A DNA stretch of 64,000 nt from Acholeplasma sp. (GCA_036677365.1 JAVBWN010000014.1:96001-160000), one strand, 5' to 3'. Positions 20,413-30,956 are shown, counted from the first letter of the stretch. Notes: a model not told the origin generated them from the letters alone. Translations and numbers: made by a program.

Positions 20413-22495
20413 ACCACACGCTGAATTTATCAAAAAGGATTTTCAAGGCTTCAAAATCCACCAGTTTGTAAAAATTGAAGGCTTGAAACAACAAGGCCAT
20501 AAGAAGTTCAAATCCTCTGAATTCATTTCGCCGATTTTTGGTTTGTCTGTCAAAGATGAAACCGTTGCACCATTCATCATCAGAAATACAGGCGATGTTA
20601 AGAAACGCTATGACGCTTTTAGAACCAAGCCAATGACGGATTTATCTGAGTATGCGGAATTCAAATCCACCATTTTGAGCAATCAAGACCGTAAGAACAT
20701 ATTTGGTCAAGATGCGGTCATCAATACCGAACGTAAATATGAAGATGCCAGAAAGAAAACAGTCGAACTTGAAGTCCCATTCATTCAAAAAACCAAAGAG
20801 GTGCCTACATTTACAAATCCAACACCACAACGACCGGTGGTTGAAGAACGTGTGGTATCCAGTGATTTTGAATACATCGATACGAAACCACAACCTCAAA
20901 CGGTGGATGTGGTTAAAAAGACGGATATTCTATTTGATCGTTTCAACCAAAAACCTGCCGATAGCCCTTTAGTTAATCCGGATTATAACTATGAAAAACC
21001 GGCCAAAACCCCTGAAAAGATAGAAAAACCAACACAAACATTCAAAGAAGAACCGGCTAAACCAAGCTTTGTTCGTCCCAACCGTCCATACAAATTCCCA
21101 ACCGTGGACATGTTTTCTAAGGTACACCGCGACCAAGATGCGAGACCCGCTTGGTTGGTGGCACAAGAAACCACCGTCAATGAAACGTTGTTACAATTTT
21201 CAGTGCCAGGTCATGTCCATAACATCACCAAAGGACCGACAGTAACCCGCCATGAAATCGAACTAGAACCAGGCGTCAATGTCAAAGAAGTGAACCGTAT
21301 TAAAGATAACCTCATGATGAACTTAGCAGCCAAATCATTGCGTATCGAAGCACCTATTCCAGGCAAAGCGTATGTGGGTTTGGAAATTCCAAACGCAGTG
21401 CCTGAAATTGTAGCTTATGGTAATGTGGTCGACCACCCAGATTTCATGGGTGATACTACTCACCCATTGAAAGTGGCTTTAGGTGTCGATATTGATGGTA
21501 AAAACATTTATGCCGATATCGCAAAAATGCCGCACTGCTTAATCGCTGGTGCAACCAACTCTGGTAAGTCGGTGTGCGTCAATACCATCATCGTTTCATT
21601 ATTGATGAAAAACCACCCAGACGATTTGAAATTCATTTTAATCGACCCGAAAATGGTCGAATTATCCATGTATAATGATTTACCACACTTGGTAACCCCT
21701 GTCATCACAGACCCGAAAATGGCAGCAACCGCACTCTCGTGGGCAGTCGAAGAAATGGACAAACGCTTCATGACTTTCGCAACCAACCGAGCGAAAGACA
21801 TCAAAGGTTACAATGAACGCGTCAAAGAAGACCCTACCCTAGAAAAAATGCCTTATATCGTCATTGTGATTGATGAATTGGCCGATTTGATGATGGTTTC
21901 TGCAAACGACGTTGAAGAAGCCATCCAACGCATCACTCAAAAAGCACGTGCTGCAGGGATCCATTTATTGGTTGCGACACAAAGACCAACGACCGATGTC
22001 GTCAAAGGAACCATTAAAGCCAACATCCCATCAAGAATCGCTTTTAGAGTGGCTTCCTATGTCGACTCTACAACCATCTTAGACGGCGCTGGCGCTGAAT
22101 CCTTGTTGGGCAAAGGTGATATGTTATTTAAGGAAACCGAACGCCCAATCCGTTTACAAGGGGCTTTCCTCAAAGATTCAGAAATTGAAAGTATCACAGA
22201 CTTTATCCGTGAACAAATGGCACCAAACTTCTTGTTTGACCATGATTCATTGAGAACTTTCACCATCAAGAAAGATTCAGCGGCTTCGGATGATTTGATG
22301 TATCCAGTCGCACAATTTGTCGTCAGAGAAAACAACGCTTCAATCAATGCCATTCAAAAAGAGTTTGGCATTGGTTTTAACCGTGCCCAACGCATTGTAG
22401 AACTTTTAGAAGAACAAGGCATTGTCTCTAAAAATGAAGGCACCAAAGCACGTCAAGTCTTAGTCACGATGGCAGAATTGGAAAATATGTTATGA
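20393..22495 (+). CDS. ftsK: FtsK/SpoIIIE DNA translocase without TM domain (SftA-like)
   Basis: AGATNSGKS, IDELADLM, ATQRP, gamma domain (IGFNRAQRI); GGAGG RBS before ATG 20393. Confidence 0.93.
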   Translation: MSLFNRKPHAEFIKKDFQGFKIHQFVKIEGLKQQGHKKFKSSEFISPIFGLSVKDETVAPFIIRNTGDVKKRYDAFRTKPMTDLSEYAEFKSTILSNQDRKNIFGQDAVINTERKYEDARKKTVELEVPFIQKTKEVPTFTNPTPQRPVVEERVVSSDFEYIDTKPQPQTVDVVKKTDILFDRFNQKPADSPLVNPDYNYEKPAKTPEKIEKPTQTFKEEPAKPSFVRPNRPYKFPTVDMFSKVHRDQDARPAWLVAQETTVNETLLQFSVPGHVHNITKGPTVTRHEIELEPGVNVKEVNRIKDNLMMNLAAKSLRIEAPIPGKAYVGLEIPNAVPEIVAYGNVVDHPDFMGDTTHPLKVALGVDIDGKNIYADIAKMPHCLIAGATNSGKSVCVNTIIVSLLMKNHPDDLKFILIDPKMVELSMYNDLPHLVTPVITDPKMAATALSWAVEEMDKRFMTFATNRAKDIKGYNERVKEDPTLEKMPYIVIVIDELADLMMVSANDVEEAIQRITQKARAAGIHLLVATQRPTTDVVKGTIKANIPSRIAFRVASYVDSTTILDGAGAESLLGKGDMLFKETERPIRLQGAFLKDSEIESITDFIREQMAPNFLFDHDSLRTFTIKKDSAASDDLMYPVAQFVVRENNASINAIQKEFGIGFNRAQRIVELLEEQGIVSKNEGTKARQVLVTMAELENML

Positions 22496-23301
22496 CCTTA
22501 AAAGAAATAAGCACATTGGCGGCTTCTGGGGAATCCTCAGTGGAAGCCACCCAAGATTTAAACCGAAAAATGATTATAAAATTAGCGACACTCAATGTCG
22601 TCGCTTTGCTTGTTTTTGGTGTCTCACTGCTGTATGCCTTAAAAGCATATCCCACATTCACAGGCGAACTTCAAAAAATCTTACTGATTATATTCAGTGG
22701 GTTTTTTGTTTTGATTTCTGCTTTAGGTTTATATATGCTCAATCGACCATGGATGATTTCACTAACGAAGCATTTAACTTTGTTCAAATGGGTGGATACG
22801 ATTCAGTTTTTGACCATCAGTTTATTGATTGTCATGCACATCATCACATTTTATGTGTTTACGGCCGAAGTTTTCCAAAGTTCGATGCAACCCACATTAC
22901 AACAACATGACCGTTTGATTGTATATCAATTCGATTACACCCCGAAACGAAATGATATTGTTGTGATATTTATGGACAGCGACTTTTATGAAAATGCCGA
23001 TGATTCGCATTATGTCAAACGTGTGGTTGGTTTGCCTGGTGATACCATTGAAGTGAATTTGATGAATCAATTGTTGATCAATGGCATCGTGGTTCAAAAC
23101 TTACCCCCTGCCAATGTAGAAGATGTGAGAGATTTGATTGAATTCTTACCAGATGGTAAAATCATGTCAGGGTTTTACTTTGTCTTGGGTGACAATGTTC
23201 AAAATTCGCACGACTCAAGAAACATTGGATTCATCCGTGAACAAGACATCAAAGCCAAAGTCATCTTTAGATTTTACCCGAAAGTAGGCATGATTGAATG
23301 A
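22492..23301 (+). CDS. lepB: Signal peptidase I
   Basis: SMQPTL, YVKRVVGLPGD, LGDN..NSHDSR. Confidence 0.92.
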   Translation: MTLKEISTLAASGESSVEATQDLNRKMIIKLATLNVVALLVFGVSLLYALKAYPTFTGELQKILLIIFSGFFVLISALGLYMLNRPWMISLTKHLTLFKWVDTIQFLTISLLIVMHIITFYVFTAEVFQSSMQPTLQQHDRLIVYQFDYTPKRNDIVVIFMDSDFYENADDSHYVKRVVGLPGDTIEVNLMNQLLINGIVVQNLPPANVEDVRDLIEFLPDGKIMSGFYFVLGDNVQNSHDSRNIGFIREQDIKAKVIFRFYPKVGMIE

Positions 23302-24149
23302 AACAAGTCCAATGGTTCCCAGGACATATGTCCAAAGCTTTAAGAGAAATTAAAGAGTCTTTAAAACTCGTGGACATTGTCTTCGTTTTATTGGATTCGC
23401 GTTTACCCGAATCTTCAATGAACCCGAGAATTCAAGAAATCATTGAAAAAAAACCGGCATTACTGCTGTATACCAAATCCAGCATGGCCGATCAAAAAGA
23501 ACTCAATAAATGGTTATCACATTATGCCAGTCAAGGCTTAAAAGGGTTGAAAATTGACGCCATTACGGGCTTAAATATCAACAAAATCAAAGAAGCAACG
23601 TTGGAAGTTTTAGAAGAAAAAATCGCGAAAGACCAGCGTCGTGGAATTTTACCGAGGGCCATTCGAACGATGATCATCGGTATTCCAAACGTGGGTAAGT
23701 CGACACTGATCAATACATTATCGAAGAAGAAAGCAGCCAAAACGGGCAATACGCCTGGTATCACCAAGGCACAACAATGGATCAAAATTTCTGAAGACTT
23801 TGAGCTTCTCGATACCCCAGGGGTATTATGGCCGAAATTTGATGACCCTAAGGTGGGGTATCATTTAGCCCTCAGTGGCGCGATTAAAGATGCCATTTTA
23901 CCCAATGAAGAAATCGCTGTTTATGCCCACCGTTTTTTAAGTCAATATTACCCCGAAGCGTATAAAGCACGCTATGAATTGACAGATTTATCCGACATCG
24001 CTCAAACTTTTGAACACATCGGTAGAAAACGTGGCACCTTAATGAAAGGCAACATCGTCAACTACGATTTGGTATATGATATTATCTTAAAAGATCTTCG
24101 CGATGGTGCATTTGGAGGGATTACCTTTGACCGATTTGAATCTGTATGA
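23298..24149 (+). CDS. ylqF: Ribosome biogenesis GTPase YlqF/RbgA
   Basis: QWFPGHM, GIPNVGKS, LDTPG. Confidence 0.96.
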   Translation: MKQVQWFPGHMSKALREIKESLKLVDIVFVLLDSRLPESSMNPRIQEIIEKKPALLLYTKSSMADQKELNKWLSHYASQGLKGLKIDAITGLNINKIKEATLEVLEEKIAKDQRRGILPRAIRTMIIGIPNVGKSTLINTLSKKKAAKTGNTPGITKAQQWIKISEDFELLDTPGVLWPKFDDPKVGYHLALSGAIKDAILPNEEIAVYAHRFLSQYYPEAYKARYELTDLSDIAQTFEHIGRKRGTLMKGNIVNYDLVYDIILKDLRDGAFGGITFDRFESV

Positions 24150-24756
24150 ATTTGAAGATGCCTTATATGCAAAAGGCATTACTTATATTGCGGGTACGGA
24201 TGAAGCTGGTCGGGGACCGCTTGCCGGACCGGTGGTGGCTGCAGCCGTCATATTAAGAAAAGGGGCTGTGATTGAAGGGGTCGATGATTCTAAAAAACTC
24301 ACCGATAAAAAACGCCGTGGTCTCATTGACACCATCAAAAAAGAAGCATTGGCTGTGGGCATTGGCATTGTGTCCCCACAAGAGATCGATCAAATCAATA
24401 TTTATCGTGCAGCCAAACAAGCGATGATTTCAGCCATCAAAGCGCTAAAAATCAAACCCGAATACATCCTCGCCGATGCCATGATGTTGGAAGATGAACT
24501 CGGGATTCCCACCGAATCGATCATCAAAGGTGATCAAAAATCCGCAAGTATCGCAGCCGCGAGTATTGTTGCGAAAGTCACACGAGATGAATATATGATT
24601 GAAATGGATAAACTATTCCCGATGTATGGGTTTAAAAAGCATATGGGTTACCCAACCAAAACCCACATCGAAGCCATTGAAAAGTATGGCATTTGTCCAA
24701 TCCATCGAAAAACATTTGAACCAATCAAGTCAATTATTAGGGAGAAATTATTATGA
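24127..24756 (+). CDS. rnhB: Ribonuclease HII
   Basis: GTDEAGRGPLAGPV, DSKKL, IAAASIVAKVTRD; TTG start after GGAGG. Confidence 0.96.
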   Translation: MTDLNLYEFEDALYAKGITYIAGTDEAGRGPLAGPVVAAAVILRKGAVIEGVDDSKKLTDKKRRGLIDTIKKEALAVGIGIVSPQEIDQINIYRAAKQAMISAIKALKIKPEYILADAMMLEDELGIPTESIIKGDQKSASIAAASIVAKVTRDEYMIEMDKLFPMYGFKKHMGYPTKTHIEAIEKYGICPIHRKTFEPIKSIIREKLL

Positions 24757-25811
24757 AGTGGCCGAGAATACTCAAACGATTTTTCATCATTCTATTGTTT
24801 ATATTTGGATTTTTGGTGCTTTTTGAAGCGAGTCCAAAAGCATTATCTTATCCAAATGATAACCCATGGATCAACCATGAACTCCGCCCTTGGATCATTC
24901 CACATGGGGGTGCGAAAGCTTTATATCCAGAAAATACCATCTATGCTTTCAAACAAACTGCCTTTTATGACGCATTTGAAGTGGATTTAACCTTGACCAA
25001 AGACGATATTTTAATTTCTCACCACGATTTGGATTTAAGACACGATTTATTAACCGATGTGTTAACGGACGATTTAATCATTCGAAACCTCACCTATGCA
25101 GAAATCGTCAATTTGATCAAATTCAATGATTACCCTTACGTCAGACAATTCACCGACATCCACGGGAATAAACCGTATGCTCAAATCAATGACCCATTCA
25201 TCATGAATCAAATGCTGCCGATGAAACTTGAAGATTTATTTACATCCTATCCGAATCGAAGATACATCCTTGAAATCAAAGATGTGAGAACCGATGAAGA
25301 AGATACCTTCACCATCGCAGCACATAAATTGGTGGAACTGATTGAAATGTATCACATGCATGACCAAGTGATGGTATCGTCATTCTCAGATGAGGTCATC
25401 GAACATTTCCTTGAAATATCCCATCACTCCATCCATGCTTCAACAGCAACCAGTGAGACGTTGAATATGGTGTTGTTATCTGCATTCAACTTAGATTTTT
25501 TCTATAGACCCGCTTACGCAGCTTTAGCGATTCCGATCGATTCTGGTTTATCGGATAGTCAAGGCAAACTCATTGGTAGCTTACCAGGTTTTATCAGTCG
25601 AAGAATTGCCCATCAAGTGAATGGACAATGGCGTACCAATTTAGCACAAACATCACTTGTAGAAGATGCCCATAGACACAACATGTCGGTCATATTTTGG
25701 ACCGTGAATGACGTTGATGATATGCGAAAACTGATTGAACTCGGTGTAGATGGGATCATCACAGACCGTCCAGATTTATTGTTCGCACTTTACGAAGAAT
25801 TGGGATTATGA
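24753..25811 (+). CDS. Membrane-anchored glycerophosphodiester phosphodiesterase
   Basis: HGG..PENT, EVD, HHD, WTVND, GVDGIITDRPD; N-terminal TM. Confidence 0.88.
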   Translation: MKWPRILKRFFIILLFIFGFLVLFEASPKALSYPNDNPWINHELRPWIIPHGGAKALYPENTIYAFKQTAFYDAFEVDLTLTKDDILISHHDLDLRHDLLTDVLTDDLIIRNLTYAEIVNLIKFNDYPYVRQFTDIHGNKPYAQINDPFIMNQMLPMKLEDLFTSYPNRRYILEIKDVRTDEEDTFTIAAHKLVELIEMYHMHDQVMVSSFSDEVIEHFLEISHHSIHASTATSETLNMVLLSAFNLDFFYRPAYAALAIPIDSGLSDSQGKLIGSLPGFISRRIAHQVNGQWRTNLAQTSLVEDAHRHNMSVIFWTVNDVDDMRKLIELGVDGIITDRPDLLFALYEELGL

Positions 25812-25829
25812 AATAAAATAGCCATAAAC

Positions 25830-25863
25830 ATGTGAGAATATGAACAATTCTCACATTTTTTTT
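25830..25863 (+). terminator. Intrinsic terminator after GDPD gene
   Basis: ATGTGAGAAT...ATTCTCACAT plus U-tract. Confidence 0.8.
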
Positions 25864-25964
25864 GAATATCAACCGTTTTTTTGGGTTGGATTACCAATTC
25901 ATAACCGCTATAAATAACGATTATGTTAAAATGAAATTATAGATAATAAATCGAAGGTGAATTT

Positions 25965-27968
25965 ATGAGTATCCAAACAACCACTGAATTTATAAAACTA
26001 CATCAAATTGGTCCAATCAAAGTCGATGAAAACTTGTTGTTCAATGGCTACTTGTATTATTCAGATAAATCGAGTACGTTGATTGACTTGCCAACCTCGG
26101 AATGGATGGTTGCTTATAAAGAACGCATCGAACTCATTACACCGATAGATCAAATTCAAAATTTAATTATTGCTTACCCTAATTTTTCATTGATTGCTTC
26201 ATTAAAAGCACTCATTACGATGGGCTTCAAAGGGGCCATCATATCGACCCGCGGGATTGCCAAACAAATCGTTCAAAACAACATTAAACTCCCCGTGACG
26301 ACCATTGAAAAATTAGAATACAAGCTTTATGCACAAGACTTTAAACTGAATTTTTTACCGATTCAGTTTTTACCATTTACGAGTGCATTCATGATTTATG
26401 AATCGGAAACCCGTTCATTGATATCAAATTCACTATTCTCCAGTTTTAAAGTCGATAATCCAAATGAAACGGTTCAACTCAAACAAGGCATTTTTGCCTA
26501 CCACAAAACCAATTTACCATCCTCAGAATACCTAAAGGACCCCATTAGAAGACTGCGTCAACATCGCATTGATGCTATTTGTCCTGTTTATGGTTATGTG
26601 CTAGAAAACGATGTCGATGGCTGGATTGAATATGAATACCAATTGGATTTTTATAATGCAGGTCAAGTGTTTAAATACAATGAAGAATTCATCAAAGAAT
26701 TTAACTATGTCGAAATCATCAACCATATGATCAACCATTTGCATAAATCCTTAGATGCCAAAGATATATTAGAAACGTTTTCGAAATCCGAATTCATATT
26801 GAGTGAACGACCGCTCGAATTGGTCAATTCCACCCATGTGGGCTATAAGTTATGGCACGCCTTTTTCGAATACCTATACGCGAAAAAAGGGACGGTATGG
26901 TTGACCATTCTCGAACCGCTCATCAAACGCTACCACAACATTTTTGGGTTAGATTTACCGGCCATCTATGTTTCAAAAATGATGGAAGTGACCAAAGAAA
27001 ATGAGCTCTTAGAACAAGATAAAAAAGCGTTGGAACAAAACCTTCAAAAATTGGAAGCACAAATTGAAGAGACCAAAGAAGCGCTATTGAAATGTCCAAT
27101 CACCAAATTATACACCGAAGAAGTCCTACGTGCTTTACTGAAAAAAGATTTGGAATCGTCTGAATTTTTTGAGAAAAACAATGGTTTTATATTGATTCAA
27201 TTAGACCAACTCTATGACATCAACAAACGCTATGGTAAAGATACTGGGGATGAAGCCATCCGTAATTTAGCTTATGTGATTGGACAAATCGCACCAGATG
27301 AAGTCAAACTATTCAAACAAAATGGGCCAGGCATCTTGATGTATGCGTCGTGTGAGAAGAAAGAAAATATCACCAATTTGGCTGTTCAGGTTAGAAACGC
27401 TGTAAGAGATTCGGTACTATTCATTGAAAAAGTGACGGCCAGTGCTTCTTTAGTCTACTATGAAGAATTGAATCCAGTGCTCACCAGAGACAATAAAATC
27501 AAAGAAATTTTCACATTGCTAGAACAACGCATCCGTTTAGCAAAACAATTGGGTTACGGTGAAATTATTGATAACAGTGCCGCTTTGCCTGCACTTAAAG
27601 AAGGCATTATCCTGCTCGTCGATGAAGATGACATGAACCGAAATATGTTGGTTCGTGTGTTTAATCGTTTGAACTTTGACGTCAAAGCTGTGACTTCAGT
27701 TGAAGATGCTTTAGCTACCCTAAGAGAATATCCGATTGATATCATCATCTCTGAAATTAATTTATCTAAGATGGATGGGTTCTCGCTCAAACGCGAACTC
27801 AATGAGTCTAAAACATTTTCTAACATCCCGTTCATCATGGTATCTCACAATAAGACCGTTGAAAACATCCGTCGTGGCAATTTACTCAATGTCGATTTGA
27901 TCATTGAAAAACCAATCATCCCTGAGGAATTGATTGGCCATGTCAAGCGCTATCGAGAAAGAAGGTAA
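25965..27968 (+). CDS. Signalling protein: degenerate MBL-fold (ODP-like) + coiled coil + degenerate GGDEF + receiver domain
   Basis: AFMIYESETRSLISNSLFSSF / ICPVYG (ODP-like); CPITKLY, DINKRYGKDTGDEAI (GGDEF); LLVDEDD, MDGF, EKP (REC). Confidence 0.75.
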   Translation: MSIQTTTEFIKLHQIGPIKVDENLLFNGYLYYSDKSSTLIDLPTSEWMVAYKERIELITPIDQIQNLIIAYPNFSLIASLKALITMGFKGAIISTRGIAKQIVQNNIKLPVTTIEKLEYKLYAQDFKLNFLPIQFLPFTSAFMIYESETRSLISNSLFSSFKVDNPNETVQLKQGIFAYHKTNLPSSEYLKDPIRRLRQHRIDAICPVYGYVLENDVDGWIEYEYQLDFYNAGQVFKYNEEFIKEFNYVEIINHMINHLHKSLDAKDILETFSKSEFILSERPLELVNSTHVGYKLWHAFFEYLYAKKGTVWLTILEPLIKRYHNIFGLDLPAIYVSKMMEVTKENELLEQDKKALEQNLQKLEAQIEETKEALLKCPITKLYTEEVLRALLKKDLESSEFFEKNNGFILIQLDQLYDINKRYGKDTGDEAIRNLAYVIGQIAPDEVKLFKQNGPGILMYASCEKKENITNLAVQVRNAVRDSVLFIEKVTASASLVYYEELNPVLTRDNKIKEIFTLLEQRIRLAKQLGYGEIIDNSAALPALKEGIILLVDEDDMNRNMLVRVFNRLNFDVKAVTSVEDALATLREYPIDIIISEINLSKMDGFSLKRELNESKTFSNIPFIMVSHNKTVENIRRGNLLNVDLIIEKPIIPEELIGHVKRYRERR

Positions 27969-27973
27969 TCCGA

Positions 27974-30799
27974 ATGACATTACCTGTTTTGATTGTGTTG
28001 ATTGCGTTTTTAGCGCTAGTAACCATCCTCATTTTGATGATTATTTTACAAAAAATTCACTACATACGTTTGACCAAAAAGCACATATTGGCGAGAGATT
28101 ACTTATTCAAAAAATACTTTGATTTAGAAGAAACCACACCGAAAGTATCCAGTCGGTTCTTTTTTGATGCTTACATCGATATCGAAACACAAATCACCAT
28201 AGAAGATGCGGTTAGAAAACGCATCATTGATGATTTGGAAACTTTGAAATTTACCAAAAAACAATACAAGCGAATTCACAGTTTTTCACCATTTAAACGT
28301 AAAATCGCCGTGTTTTACCTACAAACTTTAAAAACCAAAAAATCAAAGGATGCCTTGGCTTCCAGACTCGCCATTGAAAAGAATGACTCGGTTCGTTTTT
28401 ACATCATTTATGCGATGGATGCGCACATTTCTGCACACGATTTTGATTTCATTTTAAGAACGTTATCGACCTCACGGGAATCTTACCCACACTGGATTTA
28501 TGCCATCTTAAAAAACCGTTTTGAATCGATCAAAGGGTATTTACCAGACTATTTTTCAGACCGACGTAAAAAAGTGAAACAGTTTATTTTATATCTATCT
28601 AATCATATATACAATGACCAATTAAAACAATACGCCATCAGTCGTTTCATGGATTTAAATGAAGATAAAGACATTCGAAAAGAAGCCATCCGTGCCTTAT
28701 CGACGATGTACCCGGAAGAATTGGTCACCGATACTTATTTGAACCATGAGGATGAGCAAATCCGTAAAATGGCCATTCGTGCGTGCTCAACCGTGGTTAC
28801 CCAAGAGATGACCCAAGCGCTTCTCAATCAAATGGATGGGACATTGATGGACATTGAACGCGCGAATGCGCTCTCCCGTATTGTTTTTGATTCTAAAAAG
28901 TTATTGTTATATGTCCTTGAAAAATACCCAACGACAAAAAATGATTACCAAAAAATGGCGATATCCCGCGTTTTATCACACCATCTGGATTATTTGATGT
29001 TGAAGCTCAAATCCAATGAATACCCCCAGGTCAAAAGCATCATTCAGGATTTGCTCAAAATGCATATCATTGAGGATTTGATTGATTTTATCAACATGAA
29101 TAAAGACAAAGAAGTCGAAAATAGTATGATTCAACTGGTCCGTACTTATGCAACACAAGACAAATTTTTACTTGATGAGTTTTCGGTTTACCTCAATCAA
29201 AAGTTTTTAAATAAACTGGGATTGATCAAAAAACCAATGCCAACATCCGTCAGAGAAAAGACACCTTTTGAATTGAATAAAGTGGTATGGATCAGCTTTT
29301 GGATATCAATCGCTGTAACGATCTTCCCAATTCTTTTTTTAATTTTTAATTTTAAAGCGATTTTTTCGGGTGAACCTTTATTAGAATGGTTTATGATCAG
29401 CATGAACCGCTACTTATCTTATTACTTTATAATCATCAATACGATATACCTGATTTTGATGTTATTTTCCATCAAAGGCTCTATTGAACGTATGGCGATG
29501 TGGCGTATTAAAAAACAAACCTTATTGTTTGAACACGATTTATTACCATCGATATCGATCATCGCGCCAGCTTACAATGAAGAAAAAAGCATCATTGAAA
29601 GCATCACTTCATTACTCAATTTGAAGTATCCAAAATACGAAGTTGTGGTGGTCAACGATGGGTCAAAAGACGATACGATCGGTACGTTGGTTAGACATTT
29701 TGAGCTTGAACGAAAACACCCATTTTTTCAAATGAAGCTCAGAACCAAACCACTGCGAAGTGTTTATGTCAGTAAACAAATTCCCAATCTGATTGTCATC
29801 GACAAACAAAATGGTGGGAAAGCGGATGCTTTAAACATGGGCATCAACGCAGCTAAAAATGATTATATATGCGGCATCGATGCCGATTCATTGCTAGAAG
29901 AAGATGCTTTACTCAAATTGATGAGCGTCACCCTTGATGACGCCACCAACCACATCGCGATTGGTGGGAACATCGTCCCAGTCAACGGATGTAACGTCGA
30001 TAAGGGTAAAATCGAAAAGAGTGGCTTGGGTAAAAATCCAATTGTCCGTTTTCAAACTTTAGAATATTTAAGAGCCTTTACGACGGGTCGTATTGGCTGG
30101 TCAAAGCTCAACAGTTTATTGATCATATCTGGGGCTTTTGGTTTATTTAACCGGCAATCGCTCATCGAAACAGGTGGTTATTTAACCATCAGTGGGGATT
30201 TAAAGAAAGATACGGTCGGTGAGGACATGGAATTGGTGGTGCGATTAACCCACAAAGCCATCCAAAACAAGAAAGCCTACCGTGTATCCTATGTCCATAA
30301 CGCCAACTGCTACACCGAATTGCCATCCGATTTGAAATCCTTGTTAAAACAGCGTAACCGTTGGCAACGTGGTTTACTCGATATCCTCAGTTACCACAGA
30401 CAAATGCTCTTTAACCCGAAATACCGTCAGCCGGGTTTATTGGGGTTCCCTTATTTCTTCATATTTGAGATGATGGGACCATTCATTGAGATGATGGGTT
30501 ACATCGCACTCGTGGTCAGTTTATTCATGGGGTTATTGAATGCTGAACTGGTCATCTTGTTGTTTTATGGGTCGATTGGGTATGGCATCATCATATCCCT
30601 ATTCAGCTTATGGATTTCAGAACGTCAAAGCGGATTTTACCGAATCAGAGATGCGTTCATATTGATTATTTTAGCCATCGCAGAAAACTTTGGTTACCGA
30701 CAAATCATGAGTTTACACCGAGTCAAAGCAACCTTCGCAGCCCTTCGTGAGAATGGGTCATGGGGTAGTTTATCCAGAACTGGATTCCAAAAGAAGTGA
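27974..30799 (+). CDS. HEAT-repeat + processive GT2 glycosyltransferase fusion
   Basis: IIAPAYNEE, NDGSKD, GGKADALN, DADS, GED, QRNRW; HEAT-like IRKEAIRAL / IRKMAIRA; several TMs. Confidence 0.85.
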   Translation: MTLPVLIVLIAFLALVTILILMIILQKIHYIRLTKKHILARDYLFKKYFDLEETTPKVSSRFFFDAYIDIETQITIEDAVRKRIIDDLETLKFTKKQYKRIHSFSPFKRKIAVFYLQTLKTKKSKDALASRLAIEKNDSVRFYIIYAMDAHISAHDFDFILRTLSTSRESYPHWIYAILKNRFESIKGYLPDYFSDRRKKVKQFILYLSNHIYNDQLKQYAISRFMDLNEDKDIRKEAIRALSTMYPEELVTDTYLNHEDEQIRKMAIRACSTVVTQEMTQALLNQMDGTLMDIERANALSRIVFDSKKLLLYVLEKYPTTKNDYQKMAISRVLSHHLDYLMLKLKSNEYPQVKSIIQDLLKMHIIEDLIDFINMNKDKEVENSMIQLVRTYATQDKFLLDEFSVYLNQKFLNKLGLIKKPMPTSVREKTPFELNKVVWISFWISIAVTIFPILFLIFNFKAIFSGEPLLEWFMISMNRYLSYYFIIINTIYLILMLFSIKGSIERMAMWRIKKQTLLFEHDLLPSISIIAPAYNEEKSIIESITSLLNLKYPKYEVVVVNDGSKDDTIGTLVRHFELERKHPFFQMKLRTKPLRSVYVSKQIPNLIVIDKQNGGKADALNMGINAAKNDYICGIDADSLLEEDALLKLMSVTLDDATNHIAIGGNIVPVNGCNVDKGKIEKSGLGKNPIVRFQTLEYLRAFTTGRIGWSKLNSLLIISGAFGLFNRQSLIETGGYLTISGDLKKDTVGEDMELVVRLTHKAIQNKKAYRVSYVHNANCYTELPSDLKSLLKQRNRWQRGLLDILSYHRQMLFNPKYRQPGLLGFPYFFIFEMMGPFIEMMGYIALVVSLFMGLLNAELVILLFYGSIGYGIIISLFSLWISERQSGFYRIRDAFILIILAIAENFGYRQIMSLHRVKATFAALRENGSWGSLSRTGFQKK

Positions 30800-30825
30800 T
30801 CCTTAGCCGGATGACTTCTTTATTT
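30791..30825 (+). terminator. Terminator after GT2 gene
   Basis: AAGAAGT-G-ATCC..GGAT-G-ACTTCTT plus T-rich tail. Confidence 0.65.
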
Positions 30826-30927
30826 ATATATATAGGCTATTTTTAAGAAAAGACCACGGCTAAACCGTGTGAAAAATCATATATATTATATTAAAATATA
30901 TATCGAAAAAAGTGGATTGTTTTCTTC

Positions 30928-30956
30928 TTGACAGGGGTATAGACCCTATATATAAT
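30928..30956 (+). promoter_or_regulatory. Consensus sigma-A promoter of topA
   Basis: TTGACA-N17-TATAAT. Confidence 0.88.

Noticed and set aside
25883..25894. GGGTTGGATTAC is the reverse complement of GTAATCCAACCC in the secA promoter (6603-6614)
   Set aside because: A single 12-bp match is expected by chance in 64 kb; I saw no further copies
25864..25964. c-di-GMP riboswitch upstream of the GGDEF-like gene
   Set aside because: No GGCAAA..GAAA..GCAAAG pattern; region is short and AT-rich
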